A stretch of 64,000 nt of DNA, taken from contig MU053754.1 in assembly GCA_013239625.1 (NCBI GenBank), positions 679,379 through 743,378 of the forward strand. The letters run 5' to 3'. Positions 52,545-64,000 of the stretch are shown piece by piece. The stretch comes from Lama guanicoe (Eukaryota). Under the pieces are notes generated by a model that saw only the letters and a list, made by a program, of their open reading frames with translations, was not told where the DNA came from and ran no database searches. Position 1 is the stretch's first letter, and each line of letters opens with the position of its first letter. A program made the translations under genes and the position numbers.

Positions 52545-53136
52545 GGTATTAGTCTTTTGCTTCTTTGTAACAACTGACCACAGATGTGAGGACTTAACAC
52601 AGCACCTGTTTATTAGCTCACAGTTCTGGATCCAGATGTTGCTGGATCCTCTGCCTAGGGTCTCACAAGACAGAAGTCTTACAGTGTCCTGCAGGGCAGG
52701 CTCTTCACTGTGGGCTCCAGACAAGACTTGGAGTCTGAGCTCATTCCCAGGGTGAAGGGAGTGGGGGTCCTTGCTTTACTGGTAGATGCTAGGCTGCATC
52801 TGGACTCCTCTCACTGGTGACTGCACGTGGCCCCCCTGTCTTCCAAGCCGTACCGACTCAGTGTCTCCTTCTCATGCTTGGAATATGTCTGGCTTCCCCT
52901 TCTTCTGAGAGCTGGAGGAAATCCTCTGCTTGTGAGGGACTCAGGTGACAGGATTAGACCCACTAAGCTAACCTCCCTTTTAACTGACTCAAAATGAAAT
53001 TATGGGCAACCTTATTTACATCGTCCAAAACCCCCTTTTCCTCGGGTGGGGTGTGAACCCTTGTGTTTGTAGTTCTGCGGGCCCGGGGCATGGAATCCTG
53101 GGGTGGGGGCATCTTCGAGCTGGGCCTGCCCCGGCA
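52545..53136 (-). mobile_element. MaLR solo LTR (MLT1E-like)
   Basis: gtattagtc...gtaacaa-tgaccaca...tttattagctcacagttctg...ctctgcctagggtctcacaag...ggattagacccac...ggaatcctggg. Confidence 0.8.
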
Positions 53137-56100
53137 TCTCTTCGGGAATTGCTCTAACCCAAGCACATCGTCTCTGCCACTTTCTCCTTCACACCAGCTG
53201 TGTAGTCGGTTGCCTTTTACATTTTAATTCAAGAAACAAAGGCAAAGCAAAGGCGCAGGTGAGGAGTAAAGAAAATTGCTGCAGTAAGACAAGTGCGGGG
53301 CCTTAAAATAGCACCGTCTTTGCATAGTGTGGGCTAAGCACATATGCTGTGAGTTGCTGCAGAGTGGGGCTTGTCAGGGGCTGGGAAGATTTTCAAAAAT
53401 GAAGAAATCTGTCACCACTCAGCTCATGCCAACAACAACTTCAGACCGCATCAGCAACGTGTGTATGAATTGGGTTGCAGTAATGTGATAAAAATAGAGA
53501 ATTATAAATGTAGATTGTAAAACTGGCCAAATCTACAACTTGAGAATTATAGTGCGTGTTTTATGGCTACAAGATAAAAAAAAAAAAAGACAGTCATTTG
53601 AAATTTATAACAGTTGCAAGTGTGAAATTCTGACTTGTTGTGTGTGAGTGTGACTGAATAGACCTGCTGTCTCCTAAAGATGAAAATCCATGGACAGTTT
53701 ACCTCCATCTGTGTGTATCTGTGCTGACGGTGCTGCAGAAATATTGTGTCCCGTTGAATCTTCCTTGTGGCTTTTCATCTCTGACTGCTCACGTAAAGAG
53801 AAATTGCATATGCTGGGGAATCAACCTGGCTCCTTATTTAGAAGAGCAAAAGGATTGGAGAGTCAAAGATGGTATTGATATTGAATGGAGACAGAATTTT
53901 TAAGGGGACTTGTTTCTTGCTTGAGTTTTTTGTTTCATTCAGTTTCGTTTACTCTAATAATACAATAACCACACTGCAATGGCAAGTCATGATACAGAGT
54001 TGGAGCCAGTTGCTGTAAAGACAGCTGTCTGACAGGACAGCCAGGGGCCTCCCCAATGATGTCAAGACAAGTCAGAAAGCAACTATTCCTTCTTTGCAAT
54101 TCACTTTTATTCTCTGTCTCTCTTTCTGTGCTCCGCTATGTATATGTATTTTTAAAGTCTTTATAATTTAGATTTTATGTTTAAATTTTCTTGGTGTTTA
54201 AAAACTTGTATAAAATCTTTGGTTTTTTTCCTTGTCACACATTTATATGAACTCTTTTAGAGTTTTTTGATCAACATGGCTGTATTTATTCTCAGCATAT
54301 TTCTTCTGGGGCTCAGATATTTCACAGCAGGCGAGAGCTTTTATGACAACTGATTATCATAATTTCAGCAGTGATGGAACTGTCCAACTAGCTTGTTTCG
54401 AATCAGTTCAAAGTCTTACAAAATTCCACTTGTGATATTAATAATAGACCCAGGAGGAACTACAGAATCACTTACTCTTGACCTTAGTTTACTGGAAAGT
54501 ATGATATGTGTAAAGTCTTGTCGACTAAAGAAGACACTTTTGAGAAGTGTGACTTTCTCTTCAGGGGAAAACAGATTTCACAGATAAATACAATGGAATT
54601 AACTATTCTGGAAATAAAATAGAGCTTAATGCTCCACCCTTTTTAATATGAAAAGGTGGTGCAATTTACAGAATTAGATCACGTTTTAAATTTAAATCTC
54701 CTTGCTTCTACTTGTCTCAGGTCTTGTTTTAGGGAGTAGATATTTAATTGAGTAAAGAAGCACATCATTTAACTATAAATACTTTCTCTGTAGTCTCTGA
54801 GTAAATCTTAGATGGCGTCAACGTGACATTTGTTGGATATTGTAAACATACTGCTATATAGTATTTCTTAGTTGTCATGACTTTGGATTTGGGATAAAAT
54901 TCCAGCATTAAAATTGAAGTAATCCCCATGCTGTGTCCCATACTTTGTTCTTGGCCCAAGGGACAATCACTTTGGAATCCAGTTGCTCTTCTCCTTGTGG
55001 GAATAGGAAAAATGTGTGCAGGGTTATTTGCCTACAGTTTCTCAAAGTAAACTGCAAAACCTCAAATGTAGCTGCCAGCTATTAGCGGTCTTCATTTTCT
55101 GGAACCAAAGCACAGATAAAGTGTGAGCCCAAGAAGTGTATTTTCATGCCCACAGAAGAGCTGGCTCCAGAGCTTGGGAATATCCTGGAATCCATGCTTA
55201 GATGCCTGTGGTTGGCAGAAGTAACGGGGAAGTGAGAATGGAGAAGGGGCAGTTCCAGCCTGTGGGACAAGCCAGCATGGAATGACAAGTGAACAGTCAA
55301 GTATTGCTTAAGAAACGATTTTATCCCAGAGAAAGATGAAATCTCTTTCTTCTCCATAGAACAGTAAAGTCCTATGCATAATTACCTAGTTCCAGAGGCA
55401 AGTGTTTGTTTCTTTTTTCCGTTAAATGAATAAAGCGTGTCTTGGAAGAGATGAGACCCTCATAATGTTTTTACTGTGACCAGAAAGAGCCCATATGTGA
55501 CCTTATAGCAAAGAAAACAAGCAGCATTTGTAAACCAAAGAGGTGTGAGGAAGTATGGCCCGCATGCTCATAATCAGCACCACAGGAGACTGGACAGAGC
55601 CCAGGGTTTGCTTGTATCCTGAAAAGATGAGGGCACCTGAGTCCGAAACAAAAGACGGACAGAAAAGCATGAGCGTAGAAAGTCTTGGGCACGATGCCCC
55701 CTCCCATACACAAGTCACTTACAGTGAATGATGTTGCACAACACTCGTGGTTTCAGAATCACTCTGCCTTTCAGTGATTGAAGGTGCCTGACGTATGTTT
55801 GTGTGGGATGCCTCAGCTTGGTCCTAAAAATCTCAAAGCATCACTCAAGAGTGAACTGCTGGAGATGACAGATGTCTCATAAAAGATGTTTAAAGACTCA
55901 GAATTATGGGCATGCGTTGTCAGAGAGAACAGTATCTCTAAATAAATAATGTTTAAAATACAACCTTTGAAAGATACTTTATCCCCTGAGTGTTGAATAG
56001 CATACACCTCAGATTATGTAGTCACTTTTTATGGGCTTAAAGTTAAGCCAAGGATAAATGGAGAATGTGTTGATTTTTCTCTCCATTCCCGAATGCGCAC

Positions 56101-56789
56101 CTGGGCTTAGAGCTCCCCGGAGAACTGTGACATAAGCAATGCACGTTTTATACTCTTAATCCATTTTATTTGTTCACCTTTTGGAAGGGAGGTAAACCCC
56201 AGTTCTTCTCAGATTGAGTCAGAACATAGGCAAAGCTGAAAATACGGCAGCAGTAATCTGAGAAGAGCTGGGCTCACACCAGATTTCTGATATCACCATA
56301 GAGTTTGTATTTCTTCTGAGTGGGAAAGAAAGTTTTGGGAGGAAAGCAACTGTTGGCTAAGGATGACGTAATGAATCTCGGTGGAATGCTTTATCCGGTT
56401 ACCACCATCTTGTTGACGAAATGGGTGTGCATCCTTCAAAATCACGGGTTGGGTATCAAACCAGCTACAGTTGGGAGGTGGGAGAGTGCTGCGCGTAAAG
56501 GAAAAATCAAAGGGGCAGTCACATGAACTGCAGTTACGGGAGTCAGGCAGTTAAAACTCGGCAAACATTTGTACAGTAAGCATTTAAATTTGTAATTAGA
56601 ACACTACTTTTTCAAGTTTCTCTGTCTTGATTAACAGACATTTATTTTCATCCTCTTAATTTCAGATGCCAACGTAGTAGTTGAAAAAGAACAGAAGCAA
56701 TTTTACATCTCGTAGCACTTTTAAGAAACAAAAGTGAGTGAAATATAGTAACGATATTGAAAGGCATAAACATTGGGTACCCAGATAGG

Positions 56790-57229
56790 ATGTTGTGGGT
56801 TCATTTCCAGATGAGTTGTGGTGTGCCCTGTACACTTGAGTATCTGACTTGTTGGTGGAGCTGGTTTCCTGGTTATGGGCAGGTTTCAGTTCCTCATGGA
56901 TTACTGGGCTGCAGGCTTCCATTCTTTACTGGATGTTGGCTGAAGGATGCCCTCCGTTCCTTGCTGCGGGGGCCTCTCTGACATGGCAGCTTGCTTTATC
57001 AAAGCCTGTAGTCCTAGGAGATGACATAGAGCATCTGCTAGCAAGACGGAAGTTGGTGCTCTGTCTCCTCGTCACAGAAGTGACCACCCATCACCTTTGT
57101 TTGCCACTTGCTTTTCTTTAGAATCAGCTCACTGGTGAAGCCCACACTTGACCAGGAGAGGCTTGTACAAGTCATAGACTCCAGGAATGGAGAAACCCTG
57201 AAGGGCATTGTACCAGTTGGTGCCCCACC
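56790..57229 (-). mobile_element. MaLR LTR (MLT1E/F-like)
   Basis: tcagttcctc...gttccttgctgc-ggggcctctc--acatggcagcttgctt-atcaaagcc...agaagtgac---ccatcaccttt...agcccacact. Confidence 0.75.
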
Positions 57230-57427
57230 TTTGTATTATGCCCTCTTACATTTCATGCTGCGATTTTACAGTAGAGGTCTTTTTTTCAGTGGAAGCAGTT
57301 GGAACACTTGGTTAAAATAGACTGGTCTTAAATAATAAATGCCCCCAATAAATGGAAAACTCAATTCCAAGCAGCCCAGCTTGTTCCCTGGATAAGGATG
57401 TCTCTCCCCCTTGAGGATTATCTGACC

Positions 57428-57561
57428 CCTGGGACTCAGAGTGGGTCTCACGTCTCACCAGGGAGCTTGTTGAGATGCAGTCTCAGGTTGCACTCTGAGA
57501 ATCAGTGTTTTATGCAGTTGCCCTGGTGACTCGTGTGCTCATTAAAGTGTGAGAGATACTG
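57428..57561 (+). mobile_element. MER5A1-like hAT MITE
   Basis: gggagcttgttgagatgcag-tctcagg...ggtgactcgtgtgc-cattaaagtgtgaga...actg; flanks atctgacc / atctagcc. Confidence 0.65.
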
Positions 57562-57569
57562 ATCTAGCC

Positions 57570-57715
57570 CAGCACTTCTCAACCTGGATGCACAGGGGAC
57601 TCACCTGAGCAGGTGTCTCTGTCCCATTTCCCAGGCATTTGTGCATCTTATTCATCATGTGCATGCCCTGGGCAAGGTTCTCTCCTGATTCTTAAGGTGT
57701 ACTGAAAGTGCTAAT
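57570..57715. mobile_element. MER5B-like hAT MITE fragment
   Basis: Begins cagcacttctcaacctgg-tgcaca...tcacctg immediately after the atctagcc site. Confidence 0.5.
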
Positions 57716-58024
57716 ATGTCTCCATGTGGACTGGAATAATCAGTGATAGAAAAGAGAATGCCAGAACAATTTTATGTATATAATTTTTCATTTCTATTTC
57801 TGTAAAATCAAGTTATTTTAAAAATTACTTTCTTTTGTGTCACATAGAACAGTTGAGGGTGTGTTTTTCCGTCCCGGTGTAATTTTAGTGTTCAGTCTTG
57901 ATCACAGATGACTTAAAACAAACATTTCCTAAAGTTCTTGATGATTTAGCTATGTAGTAAAGATTCTAAAGTTCTCCGTGGCACTGCCAAATATTTTTAG
58001 GAGGCATCGTTTCACTTCTTATTG

Positions 58025-59030
58025 TTTTTTTTTTTAACATTTTTTAAGTCGAGTTATAGTCATATTACAATGTTGTGTCAAATTCCAGTGTAGAGCACAA
58101 TTTTTCAGTTATACATGAACATACATACATTCATTGTCACATCCTCTTTCGCTGTGAGCCACCACAAGATCCTGTATGTATTTCCCTGTGCCACTTAGTA
58201 CAATCTTGTTTATCTAGTCTACATTTTGAAATCCCAGTCCCTTCCCATCCCCCATCCCCCTGGCAACCAAAGTTTGTATTCTGTGAGTCTGTTTCTGTTT
58301 TGTATTTATGGTTTGTTTTGTTTATTTGTTTTTTTCAGATTCCACATATGAGCAATCTTATATGGTATTTTTCTTTCTCTTTCTGGCTTACTTCACTTAG
58401 AATGACATTTTCCAGAAACATCCATGTTGCTGCAAATGGCATTATGTCAGTTTTTATGGCTGGATAGTATTCCATTGTAGAAATATACCACCTCTTCTTT
58501 ATCCAGTCATCTGTTAATGGACATTTAGGCTGTTTCCATGTCTTGGCTATTGTAAATAGTGCTGCTGTGAACATTGGGGTGTGTGTATGTTTTTAAATTA
58601 AGGTTCCTTCTGGATATATGCCCAGGAGCGGGATTCCTGGGTCATATGGTAAGTCTATTCCTAGTCTTCTGAGGAATCTCCATACTGTTTTCCACAGTGG
58701 CTGCACCAAACTGCATTCCCACCAGCAGTGGAGGAGGGTTCCCTTTTCTCCACAGCCTCTCCAGCATTTGTCGTTTGTGGACTTTTGAATGACGGCCATT
58801 CTGACTGGTGTGAGGTGATACCTCAATGTAGTTTTGATTTGCATTTCTCTGATAATTAGTGATGTTGAGCATTTTTTCACGTGCCTATTGATCATTTGTA
58901 TTTTTCCCTTGGAGAATTGCTTGTTTAGGTCTTCTGCCCATTTTTGGATTGGGTTGTTTATTTTTTTTCTTGTTAAGTCATATGAGCTGCTTACATATTC
59001 TGGAGATCAAGCCTTTGTCAGTTTCATTTG
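58025..59030 (-). mobile_element. Relatively young 5'-truncated LINE-1 (ORF2 C-terminus + 3'UTR)
   Basis: ORF 58593..58895 ([26 protein letters not shown]...[20 protein letters not shown]...[15 protein letters not shown]) and ORF 58335..58574 (MFTAALFTIAKTWKQPKCP...PFAATWM) are near-canonical L1 ORF2; poly-T tail; possible TSD tcacttcttattg (58012-58024) / tcacttactgttg (59031-59043). Confidence 0.97.
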
Positions 59031-59254
59031 TCACTTACTGTTGATAATTACCTAGTAAAGCAGCAAACCATCAAGTTGAATACTGGTCCCATTCTGTATG
59101 AGTTACTGGTCCCATCAGACAAGAACTGTAAACCAGATTTGCACTTGTCCAAGTGACATTTAGATTTTTCTCAAAATCCACTGATTGGAGTTGCCACTGA
59201 TTGATATTATAAATGTTTATTCATAAACATTTGTATAAGTTGATATTACACATA

Positions 59255-59830
59255 TCAATATTAGAATATTTTCCTGAACATCTGCTCTACATCAGTCATG
59301 CTGCTTGAGGGTTCGAAATAACAAAAAACGTGGAAGAGAAACACGCCCACTTACGTGGAACCTACAGTTAGTTTGGCAAAACCAGGTATGATTCGTATTG
59401 CCATGCAGTTCTATGTTTAACTGAACATCGTGAAAAATGCTGGGACAGAAAGGCACACAGTGTCATGTCAGCATGAAGCTGGGGGACACATCTCCTGGTG
59501 GGTAGGAAAGAAGACTGCCCTGAGCTTTAGGGTTTAACTGGGGATGGATGGATAAGCAGATGCTCCTGTGATAGGGATGTGGCAAGGTGGAGTGATGGGG
59601 ACGTTATTGCCATTATCGGCTTTTTGGAGGAGAAGGGGGCTGGTGAGAAGGCTCTGAGCCTGATAGGAATGGAGAGGGAAGGGGTGGCCAGACCACACAT
59701 GACCCTTTGGCCGTCGGAAGAGATTTTGACTCTGCAAGACTGACAAGAAACTAAGAGCCCAAGAGGCAAACGACGGAGGAGAGAGTGAGTAAGGTATCAT
59801 CTCTGTTTGAGGTCAGCTCAGATTTAGGGG
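59255..59830 (-). mobile_element. L2 remnant
   Basis: aatattttcctgaacatctgctct...cgtggaacctacagttagt...; purine-rich L2-like body; very diverged. Confidence 0.4.
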
Positions 59831-61855
59831 CAAAAGCATCTTATAACTATGGATCTCTACAGGGAGGGGGTAAATACTCCCGTAGGTGCATGTGGAAGGG
59901 CTGGGGCGGTGAGAAGGGTGTGATCCAGTGTCTCAGGGCACTTGGGCTGCCGTGACTCACCAGAAACTCGCCACCTGTCTCGGCCTCAACAGTCAACTCA
60001 GACATAGTGAAATCCCAAGAAAAATCTGAAGCCACCAGAACCTCACACTTTTAGAAAGGACTCTGTCCTTTTTATGGACTTACATCCACTTTCGGTGTAA
60101 TGTTGATGACTTTCAGCTTAATTTCTATTTCTCGAGTTTTAAAGTTAGCATTTTGCCTGTTTTGTGTTTTTAAACTGTGTGTTTCTTATTTCATTCCAAG
60201 AGCATTCTTCTAATTATGAAAATAAAATGAGTGATGGTATCCAAGAGGAAACTTTCTCAGGGGTAGGCGCCTCTGGGAAGTGATTCAGTCAGAGAGAGGT
60301 GAGGGGGGACTCGCAGCTGTGTCCACAAGGAGGCGCTTCTCTGCACAGTTCCCTCATTCTTCCTCTGTCTTGGGCTCAGTAATTCCGTTAGTCTCCGATG
60401 GTGTCAGACAATCTCCGTTGCTCGTTGCCCTGCTCTGTAGTTATTGCATGGATCTATGAATCTCCTTGCGGATAGAGGCTGTCTGTTACTTCTTGGTGCT
60501 TATGCCAAGCTCCCAGGCGTACGGCAGGCTCTCTGCAAACAGTTGTCAATCAAATTAGGCTTCAGCCATGGGAACACAGAAATAAAACTCAATCCGATTC
60601 ACTGGAGACTCCTTGGAAACCTGAGAAAAAACATCAAAATCCTAGCACAACCACAGACTAAAAGGGTGGCCCAGAACTGTCCTGTTCCACATTGTACAGA
60701 AATTTAGGGAAGTCTCCAGTTTATTTTCAGTTGGCAGAAGACCCTGTTAAAAAATATGTATGCATCGATTTATCTTTAACTAAGAGAATATTTCTTGGTT
60801 GCTCCCCTACTAGCTCAAGTCAGCCCTGTATGGCGAAGGAAATAGCCAAGAATAAGAACCACCTTTGACTTGCGTACTTTTTAAATGAAAGAAACAGCAT
60901 TCGTATCAGCATTTACTATTAAAGTAGGCCACCATTTCCATATGATAAATATTACTGGAAATTGGCATCATTCACGTTTAAATCTTTATCTCTGTATCTT
61001 TAGATAAGGGTTTTACTTTCAAGGCCACGTGTGCACATGTTGCTGCTTTACTAATTGAAAAGAGATGGTCTGTCTTTTCACGTCTGTTAGGAAGAGAGAA
61101 AACCTATTGAGTTAAAAATCATTAGCAGCATTTGCTGGGTCGTACATACTAGGCTACGTATACTGCTTTTATTTGTCAAAGGAGAGATAGACAGGATTAT
61201 TTCACGTCGTTCCCGACTGTCCTGAAAAGACGGTTATCTGTCATATCATGAATAGAATGTGAATGGATGGGTAACGTAGAAATTATGCAGGAAAACCTGA
61301 GAGTAAACAGCAGAAAAGCCACCAGGCACCCACGTGAGAATCGCCATCACTTCCTTCTCATGCATTTAAAAAAAATGCATCAAGTGATCGAAATGGGGAT
61401 GTCATTAACTTGTAATAAATTTTACTACCACATTTCACTAGCCTAAGGGGAGTGACTTCCCATTCAGCAGACTGTAGAGATTTGTAGGACTGGAGTTACT
61501 TTATTTACTTATATACATTTTATGTTTGTAAACCGATAGGTGCAAACAATCTTCAGATATTTCCTGCTTTCAAAAATCGATGTGAACCAATGAGATAAAT
61601 ACAATAGAGCACAATTTAGAGCTTCAATTACATCATTTGGTGTAGAGGCACTTCAGGGTATCTGTCCCAAGTTTTCTGTTTGACAAATTTTAGTTTTGTG
61701 GGTGCGATAATGCCTTTAGCATGAAGAGGGCAGAACTGGAGAACTTTATTAACGACATCAACTACTAAACGGTTAGAAAAGATGACACGATGGTCAGCAG
61801 CATAGAGGGATGTCAGATGGAGACTTGCCAGTGTGTGCGCTTAAAAGATCTGCAG

Positions 61856-62038
61856 CTCTGCTGTCCACGGTGGTAGCCACGAGCCACCGGGGACTACATT
61901 TGCATTATTTAAGGTTAAGTTAAATTTAAAGAATGAATTCCTCAGTTGCGCCAGCCACATTTCGAAATGTGATGCCATCTTGGAAAGCACCACTGTAGAA
62001 CATTTCCATCACTATGGCAGTTTCTGTGGGACAGCCCC
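61856..62038 (-). mobile_element. MER3-like hAT-Charlie MITE
   Basis: gctgtcca--gtggtagccacgagccac...ttcctcagttgcgccagccacatttc...tagaacatttccatcact...ttctgtgggacagc. Confidence 0.85.
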
Positions 62039-64000
62039 CGGAAGGCTCTCTCCACCGTCCACCTCCAATAGCCAGTGAGCTTGGAAGGACTTCTGAGAGG
62101 AGTAATTACTTTCTTCCTGACAAGTCGGCCTCCTCAACCTGCAGTTATTTTAAGGACGGTTTCCCCTTTTTTTTTTTTCCTTGACTCAGTAATATGAACT
62201 GGACTAAATAATATTGCTGTCACAGTGTCTACATGTATCAATGGGATAAATTATTCCCCAGCATTCAGAGCTGTGTGGAGATCCTCTAAGAGGCAGGGAA
62301 GCTGCGAATGGGAATATCGGCGTTGTCCTGTGCTGCACGTGAAGGGCTCTTTCTAAGGGGTATTTCAGTGCATTGTAAAAAAACAAGTATCTACATTTCC
62401 CCTATGATTTCAGAGCGTTAGAGGAAACAGACGGATGGATGAGCAAAGCTTATGGTTCCCAGAGGACACTGTGTCTGCAGTTAACTTTTCTTATTGGTTT
62501 TAAGTCATTTATTTACTTAGGTTTACTTGGCTTCCCTCACTTAGAGCGATTAGTGCCAAAGTACAGAAACATTAACAACAGTCGAGGCAAAATAGATGTA
62601 ATTAGAGTAAAGGAAAGTAAGGCTAGAATGATGAGCCCAAGCTGGAGCTAAATGCTTGTTGTAATGGAGGCCATATAGCCGCATCCCGTTCCTAAAGGCC
62701 AGAACCAAGGATGACTCCAGAAAGCACGGAGAGCTTGCATATCCCTCAAGCACTTCTCCATGAATATGAAAATCTGCAGCCTAGTTTTGGTGAGAATTTG
62801 ACAGCAGAAAGTATGATGTTAGCTGGTGGTAAGAAAATAAGTTTGGAGTGTTTTAGCTTAACAGTTTAAGGGCAGTCTGTATGGCTTTGCCATCTTGGAC
62901 ACAGAGCCACGTTGGCACATTCTTAAGAAAATTACGGAGCCTGGTTATGGAAACATAGACCTTTCAAAGTACATGCCTAGTTCATCGGCAGCCCATCAGA
63001 GAACTGGCTGACTGATCGCCTTCACACGATGTTCATATGGGAGAAGCTGTCATTTGTGATTGAATGATTTTATAATTTAATACCTAAATTCATATTATAA
63101 ATTAACTTTTCCCCAATGACCTATATTTGCCTACATACATAAATACTTATCATTGTCTTTCTATATTTAAGACTTGTTGTCCCTAGTAAGTGGACTCTTA
63201 AACAGCTAAGCTTGTTCATTCAGTTTAAAGTGTATTTTTATGGCTGTGGACCAGAGCAAAGTTAGCTGCCCACCTGGACTTTTAACCTCCCGTCGACCTT
63301 GTTAGCATAGTGTCATAACTGACCTACCTAAACCTGCAGCAGACAGGAGACTCTGCCTTGTACTGTTATTTGATCTCCATGTGTAACTTATCTGTCAGTG
63401 CAATTTACATACCAGTCGTGGCTTCTCTTTCAAACAAAGCAGTGGCTTTGATAATTTGGGTCAAATTTTATTTTTCCTGTTAACTCGATAATTACCTTCT
63501 TCTCTGTTTTAAGTCTGCAGTCAAGTGTGGATGCTAAACTCTAGGACTAATAAGTTACAGACAACTTGCATGAAATCCTTCGCTTTCTTGTCTAGAGATC
63601 CTCAACATGAGTGCAGCTGAAAACTGCCTTGAGGGAGGAATTAAGAACAGGAACTCATTCGCTGTTTTGCAAAATCTAAAGTGAGCGTAGGGCACAAGAA
63701 GTTAAATTTACATTAAAGTAAGACTTTTTCTTCCTCATCAGATTAGTCTAACTCACTAGTTCAAATTATAAAACCACATGATTTAAAACTTCAAGCACAT
63801 GACATTTCTAAACATGTAAATTAAAACTAGGGATTTTTTTTTCTTAAGAAAAGGGAACATTGCTTTCTGTGTAAGTATCAGCAAATTGGCTGGTACATTT
63901 AATAAAAAGTCATACATCATTTTTAACATTCAGCAAAGCTGCTTTAAAGGGCATCCAAGATAAAACTACTGACTCAGAAGCACGCAGTGCACTGGAGTTA

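Noticed and set aside
58335..58895. L1 ORF2 frames as a functional CDS
   Set aside because: 5'-truncated to the C-terminus, interrupted between the two ORFs, and lacking the EN and RT domains
59081..59115. 12-bp direct repeat tactggtcccat (similar micro-duplications near 13316 and 24246)
   Set aside because: Ordinary local micro-duplications with only two copies

Overview
Mammalian, repeat-rich non-coding DNA. It is most likely camelid (alpaca/llama/camel), inferred from two tRNA-Ala-derived SINEs resembling the camelid Vic-1 family and the absence of any Alu, Bov-A/BovB or PRE1 that I could recognise. I found no recognisable host protein-coding exon, RNA gene, CRISPR array or prokaryote-type feature. 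The only ORFs with recognisable protein sequence are decayed LINE-1 ORF2 fragments. The window is a patchwork of L1 pieces of several ages, L2, MIR, MaLR/ERVL/ERV1 solo LTRs and hAT/Tigger MITEs. L1s and LTRs lie mostly on the minus strand, which suggests the interior of a large intron of a plus-strand gene. I see no convincing new biological system. The best second-look items are small: a 55-bp minisatellite born inside a MER3 transposon, nested SINE/L1 and LTR/L2 insertions, two pairs of abutting Charlie MITEs sharing a target site, an unexplained 18-bp-stem hairpin, a chain of overlapping palindromes and a few cryptic exon candidates. Repeat family names come from my recollection of consensus sequences, not from a database search, and most boundaries are approximate.
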